From Callorhinchus milii (Eukaryota), in assembly GCF_018977255.1 (NCBI RefSeq), contig NW_024704743.1:89406001-89470000 (forward strand): DNA of 64,000 nucleotides, in the 5' to 3' direction. The translations under genes and the position numbers were made by a program. Of the stretch, positions 62,291-64,000 are shown in pieces. How positions within the stretch are numbered: position 1 is the first letter of the stretch; every line of letters starts with the position of its first letter. Under the pieces are notes generated by a model that saw only the letters and a list, made by a program, of their open reading frames with translations, was not told the origin of the DNA and did not search any database.

Positions 62291-63468
62291 CTGATAAAGT
62301 TGACCTATAACTGAAATGTTAACCTATTGTGCTTTTTGCTGGCTTGGTTAAGCATTAGACCAGGCTGGCAAGAAAAGTATAATCAGTTTGAAGCATTTAT
62401 AATGATTTAAGTATTGCCCTTATTACTCTATAAAACCCTTGGAGAATCGTTGCTGTTTTTTCTCATTAATCCAAAGTGGTGTGCTATTTTTAAACTATTT
62501 TTTAAGTAAAAGGTAAAAAATGAGTTATAGCAAATGCACTTAAGAGTATCTTATTTTACATATGCCCATGAGAGAATTGGCTCTGCCAACATGTGCCAAT
62601 TAACTCAATAGATTCATGACTCCACAAATTTATTGAGTTAATTGGCAAATGATGGCATATGTTAGAATTTATGCTCAGTTCATACTCACAGGAGCAAGTT
62701 ATATTGCTTCCAGCGACAGAGCAATTGTACACACGTGCAGAGCCACGGCTGCATCTAGAATTTTAAATGATGCCATCCCCCCCACCAATGCTTCCCCTTA
62801 CCCCCACTCCCAGCCCAAAAATAAAATATGCTCTAGAGTTCAAACAAAAGCAGCATTTAGGCTGGCATTTAATGTGGGGGACAGAGTTTACCTGGAATCA
62901 GTTTCCATGGGAGCTTAAAGTTACTCAGCAGGAGGTTTGAACAGTGCCAAAGCTACGCGGGAAAATGAGTCTACATGAACCCAGAGGTTTCAAAGGAACA
63001 GTGAGTTGGAGTTTACCTGTGGGCCACATTCCAATGATCACTTTCCAAATTTAAACAAAGTTCCCCATTTCCTGCCAGAAATAAAGCGTGCTCAGAGTTA
63101 CCAGGAGCAGGTGTGCAACAGGGAGTACTTCGCATTACTACTCTCAGGCTCATGTACCTGAGAAATCCTATTTATCTGTGCACAGATTGGCAGCACTACT
63201 GGTAAATTGAGGTTACTGTTTTCTTCAAAGCTTTTCCCACGCAGGTGGGGAGGTGCACAGGGTCTGTGTCCCCTCTGCACAGAAATGTTAAGATTTGTGG
63301 ATATTCACTTAAATATTTAATTCAATATTTAACTACACCATGCTATTGTTTTTCCCAATGCTCAGAGTAACAAATTACTTCCTATGAGTCGAACACTGCT
63401 CTTGTTAGTTAGGGGATTTGGCCTCTACACTCATATTAATATCATATGACCCAATTTTTATAAAAATA

Positions 63469-63779
63469 CAGTGCACTCCATATAATTGAATGGAGACAGA
63501 TGCCATGCAATTATAAAGAGTATGCAATTACCCGAAGTTCATTAGTGGTGCCACCTTCCTGGTGCTTTCCTTTAATAATATACTACAATAGCAAACAGAG
63601 CTTTACAACACTCTCTTAAAATCAGTGCTGTTTCACTTTAAGGGACTTTAAGAGGCTTAAAGTGAAACAGAGGTGATTCCTCCAGGAATACTGTATGTCC
63701 AACAGATTGGCAACCCTACTTACACGATCAACTCCAGCAATTATCCGACTAATTATACAGATATGAATGAAATCGACTG
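63469..63779. mobile_element. Possible old Tc1/mariner (Tigger-like) MITE with central hairpin
   Basis: ta|cagtgcactcc...gaaatcgactg ends; perfect 15-bp inverted repeat at 63628-63642 and 63656-63670. Confidence 0.35.
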
Positions 63780-64000
63780 CCTAGCTTTCATTCAATTAAG
63801 TAAATTGTTCAATTATCCAATATGCATTTGAGTGTCTTGCAATACCACGCAAACAAATAGCACATTTTCGATACCTGGAAATTGGTATGCAAATCAATGG
63901 AGCATGAAATGATCTGATATGCAATTAAATTGAGTGTATTATGGGCAGGTCATTCTAGCTACAGGAACACAAATTAAAGTGTCAAAACTATCTCCTGAAG

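Noticed and set aside
1..64000. CRISPR array, operon or prokaryotic defence system
   Set aside because: Recurrent ~40-60-bp motifs are irregularly spaced SINE/LINE tails in both orientations; the sequence is intron-rich vertebrate DNA.

Overview
Eukaryotic (vertebrate) genomic DNA, not prokaryotic: no operons, rRNA or CRISPR arrays. The repeat content (tRNA-derived Deu-domain SINEs, L2 LINEs with (AAC)n/(AAT)n tails, CR1-type LINE ends, a Penelope-type end) points to a cartilaginous fish, possibly a chimaera (inference). Most ORF-track entries are repeat-derived or chance. Reading splice sites by eye on the minus strand gives two gene models. (1) The last seven coding exons of a CNBD1-like gene (56600 down to the stop at 36009), all GT-AG and phase-compatible. 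(2) Downstream on the same strand, an unrecognised multi-exon gene candidate (exons 8523-8643, 4716-4839, 415-517, possibly 10966-11194). Its translation aligns residue-for-residue with the start of an FGFR/RET-type tyrosine kinase domain but has a glycine-free G-loop and no alphaC glutamate, so it is a candidate divergent pseudokinase or a decaying kinase gene. Other notable elements: a complete-looking non-autonomous Helitron (34434-35353), a Penelope-type end with a degenerate minimal hammerhead core, head-to-tail and inverted young L2 3' ends, two structural variants of one SINE family, and several unclassified duplications and inverted repeats. All family assignments come from manual translation and remembered consensus motifs; no database search was run.
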